DNA of 64,000 nt from Antedon mediterranea (taxonomy: Eukaryota > Animalia > Echinodermata). The translations under genes and the position numbers were made by a program. Location of the stretch: NCBI RefSeq assembly GCF_964355755.1, contig NC_092670.1:28942388-29006387 (forward strand). The letters are read 5' to 3'. A model generated the notes under the pieces. The model ran no database searches, was not told where the DNA came from, and saw only the letters and a list, made by a program, of their open reading frames with translations. Shown here in pieces: positions 49,238 to 62,600 of this stretch. Within the stretch, counting starts at the first letter, position 1. The number at the start of each line of letters is the position of its first letter.

Positions 49238-51715
49238 CCGTATATTTCGGTGTATAAGTCGCACTTTTGACACGCAAATTTGACCTCTAAATTAAGGGTG
49301 CGTCTTGTACACCGAACATAAATGCCTCACCACAAAGATTCTACATATCGTCACCTCGTTCGCTAGGCCTGAGTAGGCTAGGCCTAGCTACAGTATACTA
49401 ACGTAACAGCAACCTGCTTCTGCCTAGTTTTCAAGGCATTTTAGCATGATGTTATACTAAATATGATGAAAAGATTTGTTTCATTTTTTCATTTCTTTAT
49501 TCGAATTCATAAAATAACACAACATAAAAAATACAAAGAATGAATTCAGGGTAACACAAAAAAGTAACCAAAGGTCAAACTTATTTCCATTGTGGCCCTT
49601 AAGAATAAAAACACCATAAGAATAAACATTTACAATAAACAATAACACATGTAGTAACAATATAAATATAAATTATAATCTTTCAAGCATAACCTCTTTG
49701 AGATGTTTCCTGATATTTCTTTTGAATTGATTGATGGTTTCTGAACACTGTATCAATTTTGGCAGGTGATTCCATGACGTTATTGCCGTGTTAACAAAGG
49801 TTGTTTGGGAGTGGTTACCTATATATGGTCTATAAATTGATTGAGTTGCAAATCTAGTATTGTACTGGTGAATTACATTTGCTCTACTAATACCATCATT
49901 CATAAACGTAGGGCTTAATCCATTAATAATACGATACATGTGACAAAGTTTAATCTGTTTAACTCTTAAGTCTACTGGGAGCCAATTCAGTTTGTTTAAT
50001 TCATTAGCCCCAATGTGATCCCTTGGTTCAAGACCAAGAATACATCTGACTGTCTTATTTTGTGCAGTTTGCAATTTAACTTTTAATGTTTTTTTTAATC
50101 CAGAGTACCACACGCTACAAGCATAATCATAAAGGCATAACACCAAACTATTTGCTAGTAACTTAAGATCTCTGAAAGTTAAGTACTTTCTATTTCTATA
50201 TAAAAATTTTACCCTTGAGTTTACTTTCTTTATAACTGATTTACCTATATAATCTCCAGTTAGATTGTTATCGAGTTCAAGTCCTAGATAACTTACTGTC
50301 GGTTTGTTTGTGATTATATAATCATTGCATGTAACTTTCAATTCTTGTTGATTTCTGAGTTTACGTTTAGATCCAAATAGAATTGAATACGTTTTGCCTA
50401 GATGCAATGACAATCTATTATCTAATAACCAAGAATTAATAGATTTTAATTCTTTTGACAATACATTTTGTATATTGGCGATACTTTTATCAGATACAAC
50501 TATAGCAGAATCATCGGCATAAAGGAGCAGTTTACTACTCAATGCAGATTCCATATCATTCACATACATTAAGAACAACAGTGGGCCCAATATTGACCCC
50601 TGAGGGACCCCACATGTTATTTTTGTCCACGTTGAAAGAGTACCACAATTATCAACTACCTGCCATCTATCTGTTAAATATGATTTAAACCAAACTATTA
50701 CTGTTTGGGACAATCCTAATGCTCTCATTTTGCCTAGTAAAATCTGATGATCTACAGTATCGAAAGCCTTTTGTAGGTCTAAGACTATCATACCTGTTAA
50801 ATTACCTTTATCCCAATTCTTTTTAATATGGTCAGTTAGGTGAATTAAACAAAGATCTGTCGAAAAATTTGCTCGGAACCCACATTGGAAATTATAGATA
50901 AGTGATTTAGAATTAAGGTATTCCATCAATTGGTCATGTACTAGTTTTTCAACAACTTTAGAAAAAGCCGAGAGTATAGACACCGGACGATAGTTACCTA
51001 CCACCGTTTTACTACCCTTTTTGTGAATTGGGATGACTCTCGCTAATTTCCATTCTTTGGGTACAATACCGGATGTGAAGGACAACTTAATAATATGAGT
51101 TAATGGTTTTGCTATTGCACTGAAACACGTCCGCTGACGTGAGTGATTGGATTGGATATGGAGCTGCTGTTTTAGGCGCTCCGATAAAATTTCATTTGTA
51201 AACGTTTACGATTGGAATAGGCTAGTATTTATTTATAGTTATACGGACGATCGCCGACTGCCGTACCCCCAGCGCAAGCCCTTCTACAGGTGATTATAGC
51301 ATGGACCTAGCGTACACACTTCTCGGATACATGGATACTAATCGAATACGATTTTCCGTTCGCCCTCTCGAAGTGATCGATCGAGGCTAGCCCACACACA
51401 CGTACGTGTTACACACACGGTCATGCACTCGATGTTGCGGGTGCGAAACTCATGAATAACAAGTTAGAAAGAACTTGTTGAGGCTGGGCGCGGCCGAGCC
51501 TAGGCCTAGGTAAGAAAAAACCTAAATAAAGGACGCCGTTGTAGATATAACAAAATTATTATAACAATAATATTGATTACAATTTAAGAAAAAATTGTTT
51601 TTATGAAATATAAGGTGCGTCTTATACATCGACGATATAAAAAATACCGATATTTTACTCTCAGTTAGGGGGTGCGTCTTATACACAGGTGCGACTTATA
51701 CACCGAAATATACGG
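49238..51715. mobile_element. Tc1/mariner (pogo-like) MITE containing a LINE
   Basis: TA TSD; perfect TIR CCGTATATTTCGGTGTATAAGTCGCAC. Confidence 0.85.
49673..51085 (-). mobile_element. 5'-truncated L2/CR1-group (Crack-like) LINE with uninterrupted 470-aa RT ORF
   Basis: NYRPVSIL, LDLQKAFDTVDH, GVPQGSILGPLLF, YADD; 3'UTR extends to ~49480. Confidence 0.93.
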
Positions 51716-51744
51716 TAGTCAAATAAGTACACTAACTTTCTTTC

Positions 51745-52985
51745 CTCTCCAATTTGCCTATCAGAGTAATAGAAGTGTTGAAGATGCTGTGCTCTTCCAC
51801 TTACATAATATTTACCAACATTTAGATGTGCCTAAATCATATGTAAGATGTTTGTATATAGATTTTTCTAGTGCTTTTAATACCGTTGAACCTGGTTCAT
51901 TAGTACGCAAACTTAAAGAAATGAACGTAAACGACACATTGACTTCATGGATATATAATTTCTTAACAAAAAAGGTTCCAGTATGTTAAACTAAACGGTA
52001 TTTTATCTGATAAAAGAACTGTTAGCATTGGCACGCCACAAGGGTCTGTTATCTCCCCAATGTTGTTTTCACTGTTCACCAGCAGTTTCAGAGCCAATTC
52101 AAATGAATGTTGTATAGTAAAATATGCAGATGACACAGTCATCACTGGATACATTACTGGCAATGATGAAACAAGCTATAGACAACTAGGATGTGATTTT
52201 TATCACTGGTGCTGCAATAACAACCTGAAACTAAACATAAAGAAAACAAAAGAAATGCAAATTGATTTTAGGAAAATTAAAGAACCCTTAGAACCTCTGA
52301 TTATAAATGAAAATGAGATTGAAGTAGTAAATGAGTACAAATATCTGGGTTGTATAATTGACAATAAGCTAAATTGGATAAATAATGTAAATAAAGCCAC
52401 ATGCAAAGCCAACCAAAGGATGTTTATTTTAAGAAAAATGAAGTACCTACAAATTGACAAAACTATACTTAAATTGTTTTATAACTCTGTAATTCTCAGT
52501 GTAATACTTTTTTGTAATGTTTGTTTTTATGGTAATACAATGCAAAAAGATAAAATTAAACTTAATCGAATAGGAAATAGAGCAATTAGACTAGTAGGAG
52601 AGCACTTACCTGATGTTGAATCCTTGTATAAAGAAAATGTGTTAAAAAAGTAAAAAGTATCATTGATGATGAAACACATCCTCTTCACAAACAATTTGCT
52701 CTCATGAATTCTGGCATAAGACTACGTGCACTTAATACCAAAACAAAACGGTTTAGGTGCTCGTTTGTACCTAATGCTATACACTTATATAACTCCAGAG
52801 TACAAAGGTAAAATGTAACCGATAATTTTTATCTAATTTTAACAATTTTTAGCCTTAACTTTTTGTGTGTGTTTTTGTAAATTGTATTTTATATTTTTGT
52901 ATTTTGCCAGTTTTCAAATCACATTTCTGTTTTCTGTTTTTTAAATGGACAATAAAGTATATATGACTATGACTATGACTATGTT
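51745..52985 (+). mobile_element. 5'-truncated Rex1/Babar-like LINE (frameshifted RT)
   Basis: QFAYQSNRSVEDA, IDFSSAFNT, GTPQG, KYADDT, YKYLG; AATAAA and (GACTAT)n tail. Confidence 0.9.
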
Positions 52986-54109
52986 AAAACACATTACAAG
53001 TCAATAAAGAGCCAGAGATGGTGATTGTACGTCACTGATACAGATACAGAAGAGAAAACAAATATTTGACTTACTACAGTACAGAGTATTTAACATAGTG
53101 AAGAACATTTGTTTGTGTTGTATCCCTATTGGTATCTCACATAAATGGCTAAGCTGGCTTTTCTCCTCTGGGTGTCTCGAAAACAGAGACCCGAAACCCT
53201 GGGTCTCGGGTCTCTGGTCTCTATTTTCGAGACACCCTTTCCCCTCTGTCTACTTACAGTGCGGCTTGAAGGTTCTCAACTTTAGTCAGGCTTGTATTGT
53301 AACCATTTTCCCTGAAAAATGTTTGTTTTATTTTTATCATGTAAATGTATATGGTACAGCAGGCTGGCTGTAATATTTTCAGAATATAGCTAAGATTGAT
53401 GGCCTAGCCTAGGCAAGTCTCTGAAGAGTACAATTTGGGCCTAGCTGGGCATCTTCTGCAGGGACCCAATTGTCCCAGTCTGCCTGCTACTATATGCATG
53501 TATTATTCTAGGCCTAGCCCTGAAAAAATCCCAGGCTAAGTTAATTAATTAACCTTCCTGTTATTACAAACGTTTGCGTTATATATATTATTATATTTAA
53601 AATAACCGTCTAGGCCTACTTACCGACAAATTAACAGCTCAGCTTTACATACAACCGGGGGAATCCGCAGTCGAGTTGCGTCGATATCTGTACAAACGTG
53701 CATCTACATGTTTGTTGTTATTAGATCAGATCTCAGCTATGTGGATGCTCATTAACATATCATGCATATGTATGAGTTAGCTAAATAATTAGGTCGGTAG
53801 AGCTGACGAGTTGGGAAAAAAATAATTAATAATTTTTTCGGATTTTTTATTTTTTTATTATAACTACAAAATGGTCTATTCAAAATTTAATTTTATTGAT
53901 CTTCATTTTTCATGTTTTGGGGACAATATATCTTTAAATATTATCTGTATTTTGTATCAATATTCCAATAAAGAAAGAATTACGAAAATCTGACTTGTAG
54001 TTTTCGAAATATAGGGTCTAAAGGATAACGAGAGCTGACTCCATTTTCATTACCACGATTAAACAGCATGCACGTTACTATGAGCGCAATGCAGGATCGC
54101 AATCTCACT

Positions 54110-54427
54110 AGTGTGAGTGAGTGGCTGAGCGGTTAAGACAGTGGAACCGTAATCACGTAGCCATAACATCGGCAGGGGTTTGAGGCTCACTCACTCCATG
54201 GTTCTGGTGGTAGAACGAGTCTTCTCGGATAAGGACTATAAACCGTAGGTCCAGTGTACACAACTTGCTCGTGTGCACTTTAAAGAACCTAGTACATCTT
54301 TCGAGACGAGTAGGGGGTTACCCCGGTGTATTAGTACATCACAGCCACTGATCACCAACTGGGCCCTCTGGGAGATCAGTCTTTGACTGAAGAGGTCACC
54401 CAGTATAAAGATAAAACAAACAAACAA
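54110..54427 (+). mobile_element. tRNA-derived SINE with Deu/Nin-like central domain
   Basis: A box TGGCTGAGCGG, B-box-like GGTTTGAGGCT, core GGATAAGGACTATAAACCGTAGGTCC...TTAAAGAACC...GAGTAGGGGGTTACCCCGGTGT, (AAAC)n tail. Confidence 0.8.
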
Positions 54428-55499
54428 TTTGGCGTAATGTTATTGACCCGTTGTTTTTCTACTTTGGTAAACACTTTTTATTAGGTCATTATTCTGAAAA
54501 TAAATTAATTATGAAAATATCCTTTTGAGTAAATATTTATTTACCTATTATTCTATAAGATCAAGTATTTTTTATTTCAATTTCATTCAACCAAAAATGT
54601 GAATATAGTGGTTAAAAGATCGTCTAGTGTGTATAGCTTTTGTTTACTACAAAACCATTGGACGGCTCAATGACCTACCTACATACATTATTTTTGTAGT
54701 TGAGCCTCTTATGACCTAAAAATGTTTTTTTCTTCCTACACCAAGATAATATACTGTAGTTCCACATGTGCTTGTTACTAAGAAAAATATTAATTGTGCT
54801 AAAAAAACACTTTTATCCCGATATGTGGCATTTATATCCGTTTTGTCCATTTTTTAAATTATTTTTTTTGAAAACTACAAAAACTCCATTTTGTGGTAGG
54901 ATGTCATTGTAAGCCAATCAAATTTCTGCTTTCGACCGCTCCGCGGGGCTCACGGTTGAACGATTTTGGATTCTCGCCCTTTGATTGGTTGACGCGACTC
55001 AACAGACTGCGGAAGAATTTTCTCATGTGTGTGCCGTTGTCTCTGAGGACTGCTGCATGTCCAATACACATGTATTGAAATTCTTTGAATGAGGTTAAAT
55101 AAACACTCTTTTTATTTAATAAACATGTACAGTAATATCATATTTGATTGAATTTTACAATGTTGATATACAAAATATATTACTAAAAACCGTAATTTTT
55201 AAAGTTCATACAATTGCCTACTGAGGGCGCAATTTATTTACTTCGTTCGTGGCTAAAAATGATTATTTTCGGCGATGTTTTGGACCCTATATATTTCGAA
55301 AACTACAAGTCAGATTTTCATAATTCTTTCCTTATTTTAATATTGATATAAAATATTAACAGGCAATGTAATGTATGCCATTAACTTCTTATGTTGCATC
55401 GTTATCCCTAGGGGAGTAGGCCTATACTAGTAGTATGTGTCATTAGGGAGTTAATGCTCCTACCCTGGAATATGTACATATACTGTAGTTTAGTTTATG

Positions 55500-56402
55500 A
55501 TTATATTTTTACTAAGTCTGATTGTTAAACAAAAATAATAAATCATATCGGAAGAAAGAACAATGATTAAAAACTGTTATTCAAAAAGTCGAACAGCGTG
55601 TTTTGTAAGAAATATTTCTTGTTCTAATATTGTTTGTCATAGTTACAAGATCAATTTTATCATCCTTGTTTGTGTACATTTTTTTATAATACCTTTCCAC
55701 ATTCTAAATTTGTTTATTATCAGTAATATCCTGACCCATTTCCCTCCTAATTTTATTCAAACTTTTATTTTTACAATCTTTTTATTCTCCAAATTAAGGA
55801 AGAAAGAAGATGATTTTTCCCTTTGTTCCACCAACTGAGCTCGCGATCTCAGCATGATCCCCTCAATTTTGAACGTACATAATTGTTGTAATTCAACCTT
55901 TATGGTATTTAGCTCTTCAATATTGTATGTCCATTTCTGGACCAATTTGATGTTCATCCATATGGCTTTGAATTTTATCTTCCAATTCTTTTTCTTGATT
56001 TTCATTATCTTTTTTAACCTTGAGGCAAACGCAATTGATGGGCCTCTTATTCCTTAAAAAAAATATAAAAAAATAATGCATCATTAATAGAAAGGGACAA
56101 CTTTGAGACTGGGATATCTTTTGTGTGGCGATGCCACATGTAGTTCTGTATTTTTTAGATTTCTTTTTAAACTATTTTAACCTATTCCTCATTTCTTAAC
56201 AAGCTATTATTGAGCTTCCAATAGCTGATTCTATCTTTTTTTCGTTTGTGTTAATACATTTAAACTTACCAAAGAGTGATCCTGGGTCTATTTTACATGT
56301 ATCTATTATTGAAAGTAATTCCCTTGATATCAAAAAGAAGTAAAGTCGTGCTTGTTTAAGTTGTGTGTTGTCGCCATGTAAACCTTTTGATTTTGAGTAC
56401 AT
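55500..56402 (-). mobile_element. Decayed L1/Tx1-like LINE ORF2 fragment
   Basis: QARLYFFLIS and EGIMLRSRAQLVEQREKSSSFFLNLE (endonuclease end and linker motifs). Confidence 0.7.
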
Positions 56403-56577
56403 TTGTTCTGAATATTTATGTATGTATTTGTATGTTTTATTTTTTTGCTAAAATTTGATAGCTCCACTTGCTGAAAGCTGATTTTATATTATTATTTTGA
56501 TGATGATGATTTAGAATTTCTAATATAATTTGGTTGTATTTTCCTAGAATAATTGATGTTCAGAGGAAATATTGAAG

Positions 56578-56680
56578 ATGCCACTGCCAGTACAGACAAC
56601 AGCCCAGCCCACAGATGCTGTGACTACTATCAATAAATATAGGCAATATGTCACAATAATCGCTGATCCTGCAAGCCATA
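56578..56680 (+). CDS. TRRAP: TRRAP first coding exon (MPLPVQTTAQPTDAVTTINKYRQYV...); exon begins in the 5'UTR at 56548
   Basis: ttttcctag acceptor at 56546-47, aagATG start, gtaagt donor; phase fits the next exon. Confidence 0.82.
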
Positions 56681-59600
56681 GTAAGTAATCTATCTATTAA
56701 TGTCTTTATGCTGAAAGAACAACCCCTGCCTACTTTGTACACAAAAACTAAAAAGATGGTGACATTTAAGATGTCAGTAGTTGCACTACTTTAAAGAAAT
56801 ATTAAATAGACATTTTTATTTTTTTAGAAATGGCTTTATATGAAAATTATCCATGTATTTTTGGTCATGGGTTTACCAAGTAAGTCAATTGGTAAACATA
56901 TTCATACTATTGCTTAAAATTATGATATTAAATTATTGTAGATCATGATGCAAGATTGAAGGCAGCACAAGAAATAAGTGAAAATTTTGAGATTATAATA
57001 TCCTCCCCACATTACCCAACATTCCTTGAAACAGCCATTCAACGGTTTGTGAGGGTTTTAAGAGAAGAAAACCCTGTGTTTATTGCTGAGTCACAAATTC
57101 AGGTTAGTATTATTTATGGAGGATAATCTGAATTGATTACAGAGGTCCCAAGTTCCCCGAAATTTGCGGGTGTTTCCGATTTTCCCCGATTTTTAATGCA
57201 GATCCCCGCCTACCCGAAAATTGGTTATTTCCCCCCAAAAATCTGGACGATTTAGGCTTAGCTAGGCCTAGCCTAGAGAATTTTCATCTGAAATAACTGA
57301 CAATTTTTCGTAGGCCTAGTAAATTTGGTATTGGATCTCCCAGATGATGTACGCTCAAAATTGGTTGTATAACTTAATATTAGCTTATATAGCGCCCTCT
57401 ATATAATTTTTAATTATTATAGGACGCCCTCTATTGTTTACCCAAAATTTGGTTTTTTCAACTTGGAACCTCTGTGATTAGAACGTGTAATGTTTTTATG
57501 GTCCTTTCCAATTTGAAAGACAAGCAAAACAAATTTTGGCTCAGAAATGTACAAATTACCATAAATTGCAATAATTTGCAATTCAATTAATCACAAAGTT
57601 AAACATGTTGAGATACCATAACAACCTATTTTAAATGTCTGCTAACTCTGCAGCACATCCAAAAGAAAATTGAATGTGGCCATTTTCTTGCACATTTTGA
57701 AACCATGAACTGATTCCACTGTAAGTGCTTTCTAGACATTATCAAGGCCATGAAGGAACATATAAACTTGAACCACTGCTGGACAGTATGAATTTGAAGT
57801 TGTACAGCAAGTAGCAGTAGATATTACTGGTCTACTCATATTCTTAAACAGCTTCCATACAGCTACTATTACGTTGCAACAACAGCATATATATTATATT
57901 ATGCAATATGACAATAATATATGGAAATGATGTTTCCACTGATGAATGACTAGATTAATAATCTATATGAAAATGTTATAACAACAACCTATTTTATACT
58001 ATTTCAGCAACTCCGCAAACTGTTGTTGGAAATAATTCATCGAATTCCGACCAATGATCATTTGAGAAACTATGTTACCCAAGTGTTGGAGCTTATGTTT
58101 TTTCTGCTTGACCGAGAAAATGAGGAAAATGTATTGGTTTGTTTACGAGTAATCATTGAGCTTCACAAACAGTTTCGACCGCACATGGCACCTGAGGTAA
58201 GAAATAGTTAATAAATAGAGGTAATAACATTTTGTATTTTTATTATTTTGCAATCCAGGCACAACCAACAAAGCATATTAATTAGACTTTTTTTTAATTA
58301 GAAGAATGCTCAAAATTTATAATTTGAGGAGGGAAAATTAAAATAAATTTACACTGTATGTGTAGTTTAAATACAGATTTGTTATTGTGCTTTTCATTAA
58401 TTATCTCGGCAAAATGAAAACACTGCAATAAATTCATAAATGCATATTTTAAATTTCAGGTTCATCAGTTTCTGCATTTTGTCAAGAAAATCTACAAAGA
58501 AATTCCAACTAATATGGTAGGTACATTATATATTTTCAAATGAACTCGCTTCTTATTCTAGTGGTGGAACAAGTCTTCCCAATTAAGGACTATAAACTGT
58601 AGTCTAGTGAACTGACCCTGTTCAGAGGGATTACTTAAAGCCCCCTTCCCTACGTTTTTTAGATCTAATTTAAGATCACAAACTATATTTAATGTAAAAA
58701 TAATACTATATGGTCCTATTACGATAACTTTTTTCGTCTTTAAACGGTTAAAAATGTGAAAAATAAGTCGATTCAACGGAGTATGGCAAAAATAGAAAGA
58801 CAATTAATGCAGCAACTATACAACGTCAGGCTAGGTATATAGCTAGCGTACGATGTTCATACGTTACCGATGTTTACCAGCTAGGCCTACAAAACTAAGC
58901 CTAGCTAGGCTAGGCCTAAGACCGTCCAACGAGAGGTCGATCGCCGCGAGCTACTAGGTAGTGCATTGTTTCTCACTTTTTATCATAATTTACCATAAAA
59001 CGTACATTTAAGACAGGAATGACATGGTTTAATGTTTTTAAAGTGATATATATGCATTATTTTCCAAAAAACGTCCAAAATTGCAGGGAAGGGGTCTTTA
59101 ATACTGGTAATCATTGGCCACATGTGCCTAAATACATAACCATTTTAAAATAGTTAGCTCCATGTTCAGACTAAATCATCATAGTTTGATTTCAAGTTCA
59201 AAAGTACAGTACCGACCATAACTAACCACCAATTTGGATGCGTCAGATGCATCAAGAATGCGTCCAGAATCTATATATAAATTATGGTTAATTCTGACAT
59301 AGGCGAGCACAATGCAAAAACTTCGGTACAAATCTCCGCCTTGGATACCTACCTTCTCTATCTCAGATGTACCGCGAAACGTAGATTTGATAACATTAGT
59401 TTTCACATCGACGCTATTGTTCCATATTTCTATCTTAGGAAGATATTATAAAAGGTTTTATAAGAAATTTTCTGATTTCAATCGGTAAATTTTAACTCTA
59501 CGCGCGGTAAGTAATTTCCGGTGTTCACTGTAAGGTAAGGTGTCAATCACCTAGCAAGTTCCCTGCATGGTTGGTTTCAACCAGGGAGTTGTAACCTGTT

Positions 59601-62600
59601 TCAACTAAGTTGGCCGTTTGGTTTTTTGTTTATTTTCGGACCGCGCGTGTGAAGGTATAGTACTGTAGTAAATAAAGATCAAATTTAATATATTCATAAA
59701 ACATAGGAGTAAATTGTGGGAAAATAATTATATAAAATTACATCGAGAGAATTGATTTTGTTTGAAATCGAATGAAACCCCGATAGCCGAGTTGTTGAGT
59801 AAGCTGCCGGGACTTTATGTATACTATGCCCTATCTGTGTCCCGTCAGGACCCTGGGATACTTCTGCTCATGTTGCAAGCCGTCTAAAACATCTTCCTTC
59901 TTAGGCCAAAACGGCTCACTGTGTCGCGGAATAATGTATTATATACCAATTAGGATGGTATTTATTTGAATAAACGCCCGGAACTTAAAATAATTATCGC
60001 CACTTACCCGAGTCATTATCATTCCGAGAACCATCGTCTACACTTCCTAGAGGGGGAGCGAGCGAAGCGAGCTCACCTTCTAGTAATAATTTCCCGACGC
60101 AGTTTCTTCAAATAAACAATGTCATTGTCAAGTACCTTCACAGCTAACGACTACAGTATAAACAATGCGCTAGACTATTAGGCCTACATTAAAACGCAGA
60201 ATAGATAAAAAAAAATGACTAAAAACAACAAAAAAAGAAATCAATAAATCAAAAATAAGGAAGGAATAACCTGCCAGTAGGTAGCTAGGCCTAACTATAC
60301 CGATTATGTTATTAGTTGGCCGTCATAATTTTAATATTTGTAGATTTTATGCGATTGGGTATTGGGAAGGGAGGCTGTATAAGTAAAGTTTTCATCCAAT
60401 ACAATGGGCTTTCATGACGTCTTTTATTGTGCTTGAGACGATGAATAGAGATTGTTATTTCGATACGATCGAATATTTGTAAACAATAACGAGGGGTGTG
60501 AATGCGTCGAAATAACAATGTTAGGATGAAATGGGCCTTACATGAACGCTTCATTGACGCATTCATTCATGCGTCGGATGCATCCAAAATTGAGGGGTTC
60601 TTCTGGTCGATACTGTAGATGAATACTGTCAACTAACAAATGGCTGATCATACTGTATATAATAAGTAAAATCTAGGTTTAACGCTGAAAACTATTTTTT
60701 TAAACTTTTTTGTGTAGAAAACTCTTGAAGGTATGCAGGTTTCACCCACACCAGATGCATTGAATATTCAACTGTATGTTGAAAGACCTGGCTTTGCCAC
60801 CCAAACCATCATCACCATCAACCAATCAGATGGATCTAAGGTTCAGGTAAGGTAATCATCTTTAAAAAAAAAACATAAACATTTTTAGATTACAAAGTTA
60901 ATATTATTTTAAAAATAAATGTGTTTGCTTCATGTTAATTCCTTGTTTGCATGTAGCAGAGAAAACGAAATTTTGGGTAAACAATAGAGGCGTCCTATAA
61001 TATTTGAAATTGTATAGAGGGCGCTATATAAGCTAATATTAAGTTATACAAAAAATCTTGAGTGTACATCGTTTGGGATATCCAATACCAAATTTACTAG
61101 GCCAGGTTTAGGTTCGGTAATAAACAATAGGTAATGTCAGACACCTTTCCAGTGTGTTATAGCCTAGCCACCTAGGCCTACGATAATTTTGTTAATAAAG
61201 TAGACTTTTTAACAGAAATTTGCATGTAAAAAAATATTTTTAAAGTAAAGCCCTTGTTTCACTTCGTGGGTGGACACCGCCCGACTCTCTACTCTTGAAA
61301 CATTTTTCATATATATTATGTATATATATTCAAATATTGTCTAGTTTCAGTTATTTTAGATGAAAAATCTCTAGGCTAGGCCTAGCTAGCCCTAGGCCTA
61401 AATTGTCCAGATTTTCGGGGGGAAATAACAAATTTTCGCGTAGGTGGGGATCTGCATTAAAAATCGGGGAAAAACTCAATTTTGGGGAACTTGGGACCTC
61501 TGATGTTGGGACATGGGATGTGTTTTCTCACTTCATTTCTTGAAATGGTTTAACCGTTGTGTAGGTCCTAGGCAGTCGCAAATCATAAGATTCCTATTGA
61601 ATAGACCATGTTGGAAGTTCTCAAACTAGTTTTAAAAAAGGCTTTTTATGATGTTTTCATATGTGTACTGTATATCTTTATGTATGTTAATTATGTGTGT
61701 TGTGATATTGTTTGCTACATATAATCAAATGAAATATTTTAGTTAGAATGCTGTAAATGCAATATAACACATTATAATCTTTATTCTCCCACAGCAAACA
61801 ATTCTGCCACGAGGTATAAACTCCTTGAAGGTATTGGCAGAATATCCTATCATAGTTGTGCTTATGTATCAACTATATAAACAGACTGTACACAGTGTTG
61901 TTGCAGAGTTTATTCCCCTGATCATGAATACTATTGTTTTACAACCAAGTCAACAGGCAAGGTATGTATACTGTAAAACCCAAAATTGTGGCATGCCCTT
62001 TATTTTCGCGATTGAACAATGATCTTGAAAACAAAGGGCGCGCGAAAATCGCAAAATTCCCAACGATGTTATTTACAGTCGATCAGGCCTAACTTAGGCT
62101 TAGTTAGCCAGGCCTACCCTTTGCAAAAAAGCCGTATACGAACATATACAATTTATATATGTCTTGTGTATGTTTCGTATATGACATCCCCATTCGTATA
62201 CGAAACGAATACGTTAATTTATTTAAAATAACTTCCTGCCCGCATAATCAGCATATACGAACCGTATACGACAGCGTATTTGATCATTTATAACAAGTTC
62301 CTGAATATACGATCTGTATACGATGCGTATACCATCCGAACTGCTGCATCATACCAAAGATCATGATATACAAAAACGAATGCGAAAAGGTACTGTCCCA
62401 CTTTTTGCATGATGACGATAGCATAAGTTGGTAGCTAAACTTTGTTACCTGAAGTTTACTATTTTATATAATATTTACTATACTTTATTGTTAATTTTTT
62501 ATATTAATGTATGAAGGTAATTTGCAAAAATCATGAGATCTTACCTGCATGCAAATCTGTACCGAATAGTTTACGTAATAAATGAATCCGATTTGCCAAA

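Larger units (their letters stand above)
47341..53933. mobile_element. Kolobok-like family B-related element expanded by nested LINEs and a MITE
   Basis: TTAA flanks; AGATATA(ggcctaggccta)TTGTCCCC / GGGGACAATATATCT. Confidence 0.65.
47292..55408. mobile_element. TA-flanked long-TIR element enclosing a nest of younger insertions
   Basis: GGGATAACGATGCAA / TTGCATCGTTATCCC ends. The left arm resumes at ~53938-54020 and matches 55280-55360. Confidence 0.7.

Noticed and set aside
54110-54200. tRNA gene
   Set aside because: The tRNA-like head continues into a SINE body and tail, and there is no clean cloverleaf.
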